A stretch of DNA of 64,000 nt from Somniosus microcephalus (lineage: Eukaryota), in contig CM126230.1 in assembly GCA_052327205.1 (NCBI GenBank), forward strand, positions 27,032,001-27,096,000, given 5' to 3'. Below, one piece after another: positions 38,989 through 51,842 of this stretch; the stretch's first letter is position 1, and every line of letters starts with the position of its first letter. The notes below the pieces were generated by a model. The model ran no database searches and was not told where the DNA came from. It saw only the letters and a program-made list of their open reading frames with translations. The translations under genes were made by a program, and so were the position numbers.

Positions 38989-40918
38989 TTCAGTCCCCCT
39001 CACTAGTCAGTCTCGTGGCTTCAGTCCCCCTCACTAGTCAGCCTCGTGGCTTCAGTCCCCCTCACTAGTCAGCCTCGTGGCTTCAGTCCCCCTCACTAGT
39101 CAGTCTCGTGGCTTCAGTCCCCCTCACTAGTCAGCCTCGTGGCTTCAGTCCCCCTCACTAGTCAGCCTCGTGGCTTCAGTCCCCCTCACTAGTCAGCCTC
39201 GTGGCTTCAGTCCCCCTCACTAGTCAGCCTCGTGGCTTCAGTCCCCCTCACTAGTCAGTCTCGTGGCTTCAGTTCCCCTCACTAGTCAGCCTCGTGGCTT
39301 CAGTCCCCCTCACTAGTCAGTCTCGTGGCTTCAGTCCCCCTCACTAGTCAGCCTCGTGGCTTCAGTCCCCCTCACTAGTCAGTCTCGTGGCTTCAGTCCC
39401 CCTCACTAGTCAGTCTCGTGGCTTCAGTTCCCCTCACTAGTCAGCCTCGTGGCTTCAGTCCCCCTCACTAGTCAGTCTCGTGGCTTCAGTCCCCCTCACT
39501 AGTCAGCCTCGTGGCTTCAGTCCCCCTCACTAGTCAGTCTCGTGGCTTCAGTCCCCCTCACTAGTCAGTCTCGTGGCTTCAGTCCCCATCACTAGTCAGT
39601 CTCGTGGCTTCAGTCCCCCTCACTAGTCAGTCTCGTGGCTTCAGTCCCCCTCACTAGTCAGCCTCGTGGCTTCAGTCCCCCTCACTAGTCAGTCTCGTGG
39701 CTTCAGTCCCCCCTCACTAGTCAGCCTCGTGGCTTCAGTCCCCCTCACTAGTCAGCCTCGTGGCTTCAGTCCCCCTCACTAGTCAGTCTCGTGGCTTCAG
39801 TCCCCCTCACTAGTCAGTCTCGTGGCTTCAGTCCCCCTCACTAGTCAGTCTCGTGGCTTCAGTCCCCCCTCACTAGTCAGTCTCGTGGCTTCAGTCCCCC
39901 TCACTAGTCAGTCTCGTGGCTTCAGTCCCCCTCACTAGTCAGTCTCGTGGCTTCAGTCCCCCTCACTAGTCAGTCTCGTGGCTTCAGTCCCCCTCACTAG
40001 TCAGCCTCGTGGCTTCAGTCCCCCTCACTAGTCAGTCTCGTGGCTTCCGTCCCCCTCACTAGTCAGTCTCGTGGCTTCAGTCCCCCTCACTAGTCAGCCT
40101 CGTGGCTTCAGTCCCCCTCACTAGTCAGTCTCGTGGCTTCAGTCCCCCTCACTAGTCAGCCTCGTGGCTTCAGTCCCCCTCACTAGTCAGCCTCGTGGCT
40201 TCAGTCCCCCTCACTAGTCAGTCTCGTGGCTTCAGTCCCCCTCACTAGTCAGTCTCGTGGCTTCAGTCCCCCTCACTAGTCAGTCTCGTGGCTTCAGTCC
40301 CCCTCACTAGTCAGCCTCGTGGCTTCAGTCCCCCTCACTAGTCAGTCTCGTGGCTTCAGTCCCCCTCACTAGTCAGTCTCGTGGCTTCAGTCCCCCTCAC
40401 TAGTCAGTCTCGTGGCTTCAGTCCCCCTCACTAGTCAGCCTCGTGGCTTCAGTCCCCCTCACTAGTCAGCCTCGTGGCTTCAGTCCCCCTCACTAGTCAG
40501 CCTCGTGGCTTCAGTCCCCCCTCACTAGTCAGTCTCGTGGCTTCAGTCCCCCTCACTAGTCAGTCTCGTGGCTTCAGTCCCCCTCACTAGTCAGTCTCGT
40601 GGCTTCAGTCCCCCTCACTAGTCAGTCTCGTGGCTTCAGTCCCCCTCACTAGTCAGCCTCGTGGCTTCAGTCCCCCTCACTAGTCAGCCTCGTGGCTTCA
40701 GTCCTCCTCACTAGTCAGTCTCGTGGCTTCAGTCCCCCTCACTAGTCAGTCTCGTGGCTTCAGTCCCCCTCACTAGTCAGCCTCGTGGCTTCAGTCCCCC
40801 TCACTAGTCAGCCTCGTGGCTTCAGTCCCCCTCACTAGTCAGTCTCGTGGCTTCAGTCCCCCTCACTAGTCAGTCTCGTGGCTTCAGTCCCCCTCACTAG
40901 TCAGTCTCGTGGCTTCAG
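38989..40918. repeat. 31-bp minisatellite, ~62 copies
   Basis: Unit ttcagtccccctcactagtcag(t/c)ctcgtggc, head-to-tail with no spacers. Confidence 0.98.
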
Positions 40919-41839
40919 AATGAGCTTGATGCTGAATTCATTACAAGCAACACTGGACAAACTCTTAGTAACTATGCAATCGGCAGAGAGGGGAGTCCCT
41001 CATCCCACCCTGAGCTGGATGCAAACCCAGATCCCAGAGGTGAAAGTTTAACGTTGAAATACACTGCCCAGCCTCTCTTTTTCTCCATTTGATATTACAT
41101 CATACGACATGGCTGACCGTGACTTTCAATGTAACATTTTAAATCAGTTTGTAAACAGGGGGTAGGGTTGGGAAGAGAAACAGGTCACTTACTATATCGA
41201 TCGCCTAAAATAAAAATTAGCTGGGAGTTTCAGTGAAGCATCACTCTCATTATGACCTCAGTGGAACATGAAGATTTCTACTGGTGTTTACCAATAGGAG
41301 AGTCATAAGTAATTCATAACTATTCTCAAAATATTAACATTCCTGTCACAACTGTACAGTCATTTGTGCAATTTATTCCACTAGAATAGACCGACTAGGC
41401 TTGTTATTTCATGTATATTCTCAACCTGTCATTTGCTTCTCCCACAGGATTCCAAGAGTATCGGTAGCTTTTAATTAGAAATTCAGCCTTCCTGAGGATG
41501 TGCTCTGCACCATCAGACATATATAGATGATAAGGAAGTGAACAGTGGAGGATTTACATGCACAGAGAACCAGGATAGCCAAGCACCAGTTACCCAGGAA
41601 CAACAAATGGCGACGGGTTTAGTATCTCTACACTCCATCGTATAATATTGACTCCTAAAAACGGTGCATAAACCTCACTGTGGTTTACTCCTGGGGGGGG
41701 AGGGGGGGTGATTTCAAACACTCTGTAAAATGTTGTGCACTTTGGTTGGGATTTTAACATCTTACCTTAAGAGGCTACTCTTTTCCCTCCCCAACTGCTC
41801 CTAAAAAAAAGTGAGTAATTCTGCGATATGTGAGCTTAC

Positions 41840-42150
41840 GCAGGCCCCTGGTAAATCAGCCATGGCCGTTCTTCATGTACGAGCCAATAGAGAGAGTTAG
41901 CAGGCTACTCGACCATGAGGGTGATGGGGGTGGGGGGAGGAAACAGTAGCGCAAGCAAGCCTGACCCCCATCGCCAACCAATGTCCACACACTAATGCAC
42001 TCCAGGTGAAGCCACTGGGCAGACACCAGGAATGGGAACCCTCGTTGGTTATTCCCTGCCCTAATTGCTGGGCTTCACTTTGTCCCTGCTCGGATTAATG
42101 AGACCAGGAATCAAACTGGGGTCTTCCTGATCTGTGCAGCTCAATAGCAG
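41840..42150 (-). mobile_element. Old tRNA-derived SINE remnant
   Basis: Minus-strand head ..atcaggaagaccccagtttgattcctggtc (B-box-like); family not identified. Confidence 0.4.
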
Positions 42151-42971
42151 ATCAAAAGGACCGAATTTGATCTGTTTCAGACAAAAGATAAGTTTAAAAC
42201 AATTAGAGGTAAATCTTGAATTAACTACTGTACTGCTAAAAAAATAAATACAGACCATTACAAGTTACCAATTTAAAGTAAATTAATTTAAATATTGTAA
42301 TATCTTTGAAAAGGCTCATCTTTCAGTTGTGATTTTATACTTCACTTTTGAATATGTTTGGCAGTGAGGAAATATTTGAAAAAAATCTGCAATATTGTCA
42401 GATATTTTGTAAGGAAACTAATCTGACCAAATTGACCATGAAACTGAAGTAGAGCTTCTGTGAAGAATGCTGCATCTGGCTGAGAAAAGTGGACACCAGG
42501 TTACGACCAATGACTTGCATTTTGAAAAGCACTCGGCAAAGTTGGAATGGGTTTTATTTTGCATCATGAATCCTAATGCAATACATCCTAAAAATTATTA
42601 CACCCGTCTCCACTTTCGCAGGGCAGGTATAAATCATGAAGCGTCAGCAGTCTGAACTGTAACAACGCCTTTGCATTTCCAGGGAAAAGGGGCAGGACAC
42701 CATTTGCAGGAATATAGTCTTGTTACTTCTTTAATAAATAAAATGGATTGTTTCCCAAAAGATTACTGCTGCATCTTTAATATCCTCAGTCTCACAAAGC
42801 AATGGGGAAACACCCCTTTACATAGTTTGTCGCAATTCTCAGTATTTTTCTTTGTCCAGCTCCTAACGCTGCAAAAACATGCAGTTAAAATCAGATTTCA
42901 ACACTGAAGTTGAAAAACCTGCTTATAATCAAGACATTGAAAACCCCAACGCAAGCAGTCCTAAAACCTAC

Positions 42972-43067
42972 CTGTGCTTGTGAAGCAGCAGCAGTAACAG
43001 CCAAATAGTGCAGAGCACAACACCGCAGACTTCAGCCATTGCGAAAGCCCATGGTATCCTCGGGACA
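42972..43067 (-). CDS. SAMD8: SAMD8 coding exon 2 (96 nt; absent from ORF track)
   Basis: ctgttaacag|T GTC..CAC AG|gtaggt; (S)VPRIPWAFAMAEVCGVVLCTIWLLLLLLHKH(R); phases fit both neighbouring exons. Confidence 0.96.
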
Positions 43068-43941
43068 CTGTTAACAGAAACAACACAATATAAAATTACC
43101 ATTTGGGGATATATTTAATTTGGATAAGTAGAATTCTGTTTTATTTTGATGCTTCTTTTTAGCAATTTATAGACTGGCTGCACAAGGAGACTCAATAAAC
43201 ACACAAGTTCCAGATGTTTAAAGCCCGTTCAACATAAAAGGGCGAGCTGTACACAATTCTCCTCCAAGCTTTCACCAGTAATCAGTAGAGAGATGTAAGG
43301 CAAATGAAGCGCGGAACATAACCCTATCTATATGGACACTTTTCAGAGAAACACTTCAATTCAATAGGAGTACAGTTTGGAGCAGAAACCAGGGAAATCA
43401 AGAACTCCATCCACAGGTTTCTCCAGCCTTCCCCGAGTCATGGCTAGGATTAGATTAAACACACAATGTTTGAATGCAGGCCCGTATCACAATGAGATGA
43501 ATGAAACAAGCAATAGCCATACTGCAGGGGCTGTTGAAGGAACTATTCGGGCCATTCTTGCTATGGGGACAGCTGAGAGGCCCCAAGACCTTGCTGTTAT
43601 AAGTGACTGTTATTCACATTAACTAGATGGACATGTACAGCACGGCAAAAAAAAAGGCTCCTTCTACTAATAAATTCTGTGTGGTGCAGTTTCAAAAGCC
43701 AATTGTCTCATACATCACATGCAACTCAGATGTTCGAGGCAAACAGGCAATATAGAACTGAACCACTGTTTAAAAAAAAAAGCTTCTTACTCAAGCAAAA
43801 ATAAGAGGAACTTGATACAATGGCAAATAGTGAAGTGAACTTTAAAACATATTCTTTAGGAAAGAAAAAGCTGCTGTAGAGAGCTGAAATACATGAAGCT
43901 TGCCAGATTATTTCTAAATAAGAGACTCTACCCAGATGTGT

Positions 43942-45919
43942 TGTAGAGTACAATAACGGACTGTACGAGTTACACTTGCGATGTTCCACACCACTGCAAG
44001 GTATCAACATTTACACCTGTAGAGTACAATAACAGACTGTACGAGTTACACTTGCGATGTTCCACACCACTGTAGGATATCAACATTTACACCTGTAGAG
44101 TACAATAACAGACTGTACGAGTTACACTTGCGATGTTCCACACCACTGTAGGATATCAACATTTACACCTGTAGAGTACAATAACAGACTGTAAGAGTTA
44201 CACTTGCGATGTTCCACACCACTGCAGGGTATCAACATTTACACCTGTAGAGTACAATAACAGACTGTAAGAGTTACACTTGCGACGTTCCACACCACTG
44301 CAAGGTATCAACATTTACACCTGTAGAGTACAATAACAGACTGTAAGAGTTACACTTGCGACGTTCCACACCACTGCAAGGTATCAACATTTACACCTGT
44401 AGAGTACAATAACGGACTGTACGAGTTACACTTGCGACGTTCCACACCACTGCAGGGTATCAACATTTACACCTGTAGAGTACAATAACAGACTGTAAGA
44501 GTTACACTTGCGATGTTCCACACCACTGTAGGATATCAACATTTACACCTGTAGAGTACAATAACAGACTGTAAGAGTTACACTTGCGACGTTCCACACC
44601 ACTGCAAGGTATCAACATTTACACCTGCAGAGTACAATAACAGACTGTAAGAGTTACACTTGAGATGTTCCACACCACTGCAAGGTATCAACATTTACAC
44701 CTGTAGAGTACAATAACGGACTGTACGAGTTACACTTGCGATGTTCCACACCACTGCAAGGTATCAACATTTACACCTGTAGAGTACAATAACGGACTGT
44801 ACGAGTTACACTTGCGATGTTCCACACCACTGCAAGGTATCAACATTTACACCTGTAGAGTACAATAACGGACTGTACGAGTTACACTTGCGACGTTCCA
44901 CACCACTGCAGGGTATCAACATTTACACCTGTAGAGTACAATAACAGACTGTACGAGTTACACTTGCGATGTTCCACACCACTGTAGGATATCAACATTT
45001 ACACCTGTAGAGTACAATAACAGACTGTAAGAGTTACACTTGCGATGTTCCACACCACTGCAGGGTATCAACATTTACACCTGTAGAGTACAATAACAGA
45101 CTGTAAGAGTTACACTTGCGATGTTCCACACCACTGCAAGGTATCAACATTTACACCTGTAGAGTACAATAACGGACTGTACGAGTTACACTTGCGATGT
45201 TCCACACCACTGCAAGGTATCAACATTTACACCTGTAGAGTACAATAACAGACTGTAAGAGTTACACTTGCGATGTTCCACACCACTGCAGGGTATCAAC
45301 ATTTACACCTGTAGAGTACAATAACAGACTGTAAGAGTTACACTTGCGATGTTCCACACCACTGCAGGGTATCAACATTTACACCTGTAGAGTACAATAA
45401 CAGACTGTAAGAGTTACACTTGCGACGTTCCACACCACTGCAAGGTATCAACATTTACACCTGCAGAGTACAATAACAGACTGTAAGAGTTACACTTGAG
45501 ATGTTCCACACCACTGCAAGGTATCAACATTTACACCTGTAGAGTACAATAACGGACTGTACGAGTTACACTTGCGATGTTCCACACCACTGTAGGATAT
45601 CAACATTTACACCTGTAGAGTACAATAACAGACTGTACGAGTTACACTTGCGATGTTCCACACCACTGCAAGGTATCAACATTTACACCTGTAGAGTACA
45701 ATAACGGACTGTACGAGTTACACTTGCGATGTTCCACACCACTGCAAGGTATCAACATTTACACCTGTAGAGTACAATAACGGACTGTACGAGTTACACT
45801 TGCGATGTTCCACACCACTGTAGGATATCAACATTTACACCTGTAGAGTACAATAACAGACTGTACGAGTTACACTTGCGATGTTCCACACCACTGTAGG
45901 ATATCAACATTTACACCTG
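43942..45919. repeat. 76-bp minisatellite, 26 copies
   Basis: Unit tgtagagtacaataac(a/g)gactgta(c/a)gagttacacttgcga(t/c)gttccacaccactgcaaggtatcaacatttacacc. Confidence 0.98.
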
Positions 45920-45939
45920 CAGTGCAGCTCAGCAACAAC

Positions 45940-46360
45940 TTGGCCTGTGCTCACTGACCTACATTGGCTCCCGGTCCAGCAATGCCTCGATTTTAAAATT
46001 CTCATCCTCATGTTCAAACCCCTCCACGGACTTTGTCCTCTCCATCTCGGTGACCTCCCACAACCCTCCATCTCTGGCCTCTTGTGTATCCCCCCACTTC
46101 CTTTGGCCTACCGTTGGCGGCCATGCCTTCAGCCGTCGTCTCGACCCGGAGCTCTGGGATTCCTTCCCTATGCCTTCTCCGCCTCGCTCTCCTCCTTTAA
46201 GATGCTCCTTAAAACCTACCTTTTTGGCCAAGCTTCTGGTCACCTGTCCCAATATCTCCTCCTCTGGCTCGGTGTCAATCTCTTTTGGATTACACTCCGG
46301 TGAAGAGCCTTGGGACATTTTACTGCGTTAACGGCGGTATCTAAATGCAAGTTGTTGTTT
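45940..46360 (+). mobile_element. L2 3' fragment
   Basis: PVLTDLHWLPVQQCLDFKILILMFK...FKMLLKTYLF; aatgcaagttgttg tail. Confidence 0.88.
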
Positions 46361-46939
46361 TTACAGCACCCAAGGTGCTGTACCTGGGGTGAAGCTCTGC
46401 CTGAAAAGTCATTCGGAATTTGCCTCATTTAAAAATGTTATTTATTTGCTGCGCTCATCCCTGCTAAGAGTGGTGATCAAATCTTATAAAGAAATTTGAA
46501 GGTGGTTAGGGCAGCGTTCCTTAATATAGTGAATCCACCCTCCCTCCTCCCCGCCATTAAGGTACAATGGTCAATGGCATAGTGAGCCATTCGCATCAGT
46601 GTTTGTGCCTATCTAGAAACTGCAGCAGGCCAGAAGGAAAAAGAAAATGTACATTTTCTCAATTTACCCGCATTAAAAATGGGGCTTCTAGTAGGGTAGA
46701 GACAAATTCCACTATCAGCAGCAAAAAGTATTAGCAACTAAACCAACAAAATGTTGCCACATAATTAATAAAAACATTCATACAACACCGAATTGAAGCT
46801 GCTCAAAAAATGGAGGATTCACTGCGAGGACAGATAGCACACCATTCTATTAATATGTGAGACATAAACCTCTGCTCTTTGTTTATGGAGAGGCTGCATT
46901 AGTGTCAAACGACACTAAGTAATTTTACAGTTGAATATA

Positions 46940-48185
46940 TCAACAACTTTTATTTACATAGCACCAGCAACGTAGAAAAAACATCCCGTGTCATTGCAGA
47001 GAGGCGTAATCAGGCAAAAGTCAACACCAAGCCAAAAAAAGGACAAGTGAAAGATTGGTCAAAGAGGTGAGCTTTATTGGGGGGTCTTACAGAAAAAGGA
47101 GAAGGGGGAGAGGGAGGGAATTCCCAAGCTTAGGGCCTAGACAACAGAAAGCACGGCCACCAATGGTGGGTGAAAGGAAGGGGCGGTTGCAAAAGAGACC
47201 AGATTTGGAGGAACGTAGAGTTCTCAAAGGATTGAGCATGTGAATGAGAATTTTAAAATTTGAGATGTTGGGGGACCGGGAACCAATGTAGGTCAGCGAG
47301 CACAGAAGGGTATGGACACGGGCAGCAGACTTTTGGATGAGCTGAAGTTTATGGAGGATGGCAGGTATTGGAATAGTTGAGTCTGGAGGTGACAAAGGCA
47401 TGGAGGAGGGTTTCAACAGCAGATGGGCTGAGGTAGGGAGGAGACAGGTAATGTTACAGAGGTGGAAGTAGGTGGTCTTAGTAACTGAGAGAATATGGGG
47501 TCTGAAGCTCAGCTCGGAGTCAAATAGGACGCAGAGAGTGCTAACAGCCTGGTTCAAACAGAGACAGTGGTTGGGTAGGTGGCTGGAATCAGCAGCAAGG
47601 GCCAAAGATGATGAAGACCAAAGATGGCTTTGGTCTTCCCAATGCTTAACTGTAGGAAACTATGGCTCCTCTCAAACTGGATGTCAAACAAGCAGTCTGC
47701 CAACACAGATACAGTAGAGAAGTTGAAAAAAGTGATGGAGAAATACAGCTGGATACAGCATACAGGCAGACCATGTCACCAAGAGGCAGAGGAAGAGGAG
47801 GGAGCCAAGAATAGATCCTTGGGGTCTCCGGTGTTAACGGTGATGGGGCGGAAGAGGTCATTGCTAGAGATGCCCTGGCTACGATTGGATAGGAATGATT
47901 GGAACCAAGGGAGGTCAGTCCCACTCAGTTGGACAATGGGGGATAGAGGCATTGGAGGAAGATTGTGTGATCGACCATGTCTGCAGAGTGGACGTGGAGG
48001 GTTAGTGCACCACAGTCACAGTTACAGAGGATGTCATTTGTGACTTTAATTATGGCCATTTCAGTATTGTGGTGGGGTGGAAACCCGATTGTAAATATTT
48101 AAACATGGAGTTGCAGGGAAAATGGGCACAGATTTCAGAGGCACCAACACGTTTAAGAATTTGAGAGGAAATGGTGGCTGAAGAT
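46940..48185 (-). mobile_element. Decayed L2 fragment
   Basis: VLFDSELSFRPHILSVTKTTYFHLCNI; LHKLQLIQKSAARV; tail at the left end. Confidence 0.8.
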
Positions 48186-49027
48186 GGAGCAGAGGACAAC
48201 AATGCTTAAAATTACAATTCTCGTCATTGTGTTTAAATCCTCATGGCCTTGTCTCTCTCCATCTCTGTAATCTCCTCCAGCCCGACACCACCCACCCTCC
48301 CAGCCCTGGCCTTTTGTGCATCCCCATTCCCCACCTTCAACCCACAAGAGAGGAGAATGGAGTCATCTGAATGAAACTAAAATGGTCAGAATGAATTCTC
48401 TCTGGGATTAAAGGAAGAATCTTTGGCTTCCTGAGCAGATGAAGAGATCTGAATAGATTTGTGTAGCTTCTGAAAATTGACCCAAGGCGTAAACAACAGG
48501 AAGCCATTAATACACCTTGGGTAAAAGCTGGGATCTTGGTTGTGATGCTCCTATCCTGCAGGACTCGAGTTTGGGTTTTCTTCATGTACGAGCATGGATA
48601 AAATCTGTCTAGACATTATTCAGCTTTATCTGCATCACAGTAACACCAACAAAACATAGAAACTCCTGAACAAACCCAACAAAAGCAGAGGCCATTCCTT
48701 ACAGCTCTTGATCAGAGATGCTATTTTTCTTCTTTCAAGCAATCAGTCAATCATTTCTTCATCAATTTGGGACTACTTGCTTTTAGACTCATTTAGGTCC
48801 AACTGTCAGAACACCTTCCCTCGTGGCAGATTACTTGTTAACAGGTTTTAGCTAACGGTTACTGACTCTTGGCAATGCTAACATGAATACCTTATTCCAT
48901 GACACTGCAAGTGTAGGTAGATAAAGCCAGAAGAATTTTGAGGTTTTATAAATAAGGGCATTGAGTATAACAGTGAAGTAGTACTGATTAATTTGTACAA
49001 AGCATTGATTAGGCCACATTTAGAGTG

Positions 49028-49349
49028 CAGGAAACTTTCGATTAACTGGCCCCTAAATAACCGGAACGCTCTATCCACCGGCAAAATTCAGGAGTCGGTT
49101 CAGGTAACTTTTTTTTACTTTTAGTTACTTTTTTTTTACTCCATTTGTTGCTGTGCAAGGGTGTAGCTGCAGCTGTTGCTAAGCTACAGAGGCGCTTGCA
49201 ACTTGTGCCGATTGTTTTGAAGCTGGGTTTGTTGCTTTATACGGAGCTCTGAGCTCCGTATCTTTTACTATAGCGTTCGGTTATCCGGAATTGATGATGA
49301 ACCGGCACCACGTCGGTCCCGTCCGTGCCGGATACCAGAAAGTTTCCTG
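49028..49349. mobile_element. MITE copy 6
   Basis: TG|CAGGAAACTTTC ... GAAAGTTTCCTG|TA (left TSD mutated); close to copy 5. Confidence 0.88.
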
Positions 49350-49593
49350 TACTGTGTTCAGTTCTGGACACCCCATTATCAAAAGGACATTAAAGCCAGA
49401 GAGCATAAGATTCACCATGATGATAGAGATGGGAAACTATAATTGTGAGGAGATATTTAAGCTACTAGGACTATTTCTATTGGAGCAGAGAAGGCTCAGA
49501 GGAGATTTAATAGTTATTTTTTAAATTTATGAAGGATTTTGATAAAGTGAATGGGGAAAGTCCATTTCCTCTGGGTCTGGCCATCAATTTAAA

Positions 49594-50100
49594 GTTTTTT
49601 TTTAATTTGTTCATGGGATGTGGGCATCGCTGGCAATGCCAGCATTTATTGCCCATCCCTAGTTGCCCTCGAGAAGGTGGTGGTGAGCCGCCTTCTTGAA
49701 CTGCTGCAGTCCGTGTGGTGAAGGTGCTCTCACAGTGCTATTAGGGAGGGAGTTCCAGGATTTTGACCCAGCGACGATGAAGGAACGGCAATCTATTTCC
49801 AAGTCAGGATGGTGTGTGACTTGGAGGGGAACTTGGAGGTGATGGTGTTCCCATGCACCTGCTGCCCTTGTCCTTCTAGGTGGTAGAGATCGCGGGTTTG
49901 GGAAGTGCTGTAAGAAGCCTTGGCGAGTTGCTGCAGTGCATCTTGTAGATGGTACACACTGCAGTCACGGTACGCCGGTGGTGGAGGGAGTGAATGTTTA
50001 AGGTGGTGGATGGGGTGCCAATCAAGTGGGCGGCTTTGTCTTGGATGGTGTTGAGCTTCTTGAGTGTTGTTGAAGCTGCACTCATCCAGGCAAGTGTTAT
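49594..50100 (-). mobile_element. CR1/L2-group LINE 3' end
   Basis: WMSAASTTLKKLNTIQDKAAHLIGTPSTTLNIHSLHHRRTVTAVCTIYKMHC; A-tail. Confidence 0.85.
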
Positions 50101-51015
50101 TCATCCAGGCGAGTGTTATTAAGAGAGTGATGAGAGGAGTTAAGGAGACATTGCTTTACACAGAGGGTTGCTGGGGAATGGAATGCTTTGCCACAGGGAA
50201 TGGTTAAGGCAGAGGTTTGAGTCTATTATGGGAAAATTAAAAAAGTATTTGAAGCAGAAAAGATACAAGACTATGGGGAGATAGCAGAGCTGTAGGATTA
50301 GCTTTTGATTGCTCTAGTACCAGCACATACACAATGAGCCAATTGGCTTACGTCTGTGCAGTAAACTTCTTTGATTTTATTAACCTGATTTTGTTGACTC
50401 CAAATACCATTAAAAAGATGACCATCACTCTCAGACATTTCACCATATTAAGGATTTGCTACCAAAGCTAACCAAACATCAAATACTTTTTAATTGCTTA
50501 TCAGGGTCAGCAGTCCATTAAATGCCACCTTGCAGCTTTTATAATAGAGGCGGTCTTTGCAGAATAGTCTTAGAACACCAATCTTGCTAATCCTACACCG
50601 CTGTTGCGTTGCCAGTCTCCCTCTGAACCAGTGGCAGAGTGTTCCAGGTGATTCACATGTGGCAGCACAGCCATGCAAAAGCAGCCACTGCATCTGCGCA
50701 ACGCAATCACATTGTGATGTCATTAATAGATGAAGTTATGATGCAGACAAGTTCCATGCTTTCTTCAGCGCGCACCGCGACATCGCCTGGGGAAGTTTGG
50801 AAAATCCTTCCACATCACACCGCAGCCGCACAGAGTTTTTAGTGACTGGAGTCAGACCAATGGCAGGTGCTGAGACCCAGTGAAAAACTAGCCTTCCTAG
50901 TCGCTGCTCGAACAAAATCTGGTCATTTTCTGGTCAGCTGGCCACAGGAGGTCCACGCTACAGAAACCAGTGGGCAAAAACACTGCTTCACTGTATCTTG
51001 GCTGGTTCACTTATA

Positions 51016-51842
51016 GGGGGTGATTTTCACTCAGAAGTTGGGAAGGAGGCGGGACTACAACTTTCGGGGTTGTAGTCCCACCTCCATCGAGATGCGGCCA
51101 ATCCACGCGATTTTAACTTGATTGACCTTGTTGAACCCGCCCAGCGGGCTCAGCAGGCCAATTAAGGGCCACCCGGCAACAGGTGACGTCACAGACTGAA
51201 ATTTCATCTGTCAAGACGTTTTGACAGATGAAATATCAGCGTTTCACAGCTGTTTGAAGTCTTAATTCTAACCTGAGTCCTTCTACACAGACTCAGTTAG
51301 AAATCTCTCCTCCACAGAAAGCTGAAGGCTGTCACTTTTGACAGTTCGCAGCCATTCTGCTTTCTGTGCCGGTGAGATGAGGGACTCCCCGAACCTAAAG
51401 GAAGGAAGGCTGAAAAGGTAAGAAAAGGCAATTTAAACTTCTTTACACACTTTAGACACACCAAACACATTTACCTTTGCACTCATGCACCCATCACTCA
51501 CCTGAACACCGACATCTCGACCCCTCCAAGCCCTTCAACCCGACGGCCCGACTCCTCCAACTTGGCGTGGTTTGGAACCGTTGGGAATCCCACAGTTCAA
51601 GCTTAAAAAATAGGGATTAGGCTAAAAACTGCCTGTTAACTACCTGTTAACAGGCAGTTAATTGTCCCTAATCCCTTCCCGCCTCGGGTAGGCGGGTCCC
51701 AGTGCGGGGCGGGTACCCGCCTCCTTTGAAACTGGCATGGAGGCGGGTTTGGGGCGGGATGGGGTCGGGACCCCCGAATTCGGGACTTTAACTCCCCGCA
51801 CGCCTCCAATCCCGACTCCACGGGTCAGTTAAAATCGAGGCC
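51016..51842. mobile_element. Harbinger-like non-autonomous element
   Basis: ATA|GGGGGTGATTTTCACT ... AGTTAAAATCGAGGCC|ATA: imperfect 16-bp TIR with a 3-bp TSD. Confidence 0.65.

Larger units (their letters stand above)
48900..50370 (+). mobile_element. Old CR1 fragment hosting MITE copy 6 and an antisense LINE
   Basis: LYKALIRPHLE|YCVQFW; LGLFLLEQRRLRGDLI; resumes after ~50115 with FTQRVAGEWNALP. Confidence 0.75.

Noticed and set aside
38989-45919. CRISPR-like appearance of the 31- and 76-bp arrays
   Set aside because: Units are head-to-tail with no unique spacers, there are no cas genes, and the context is a vertebrate intron.
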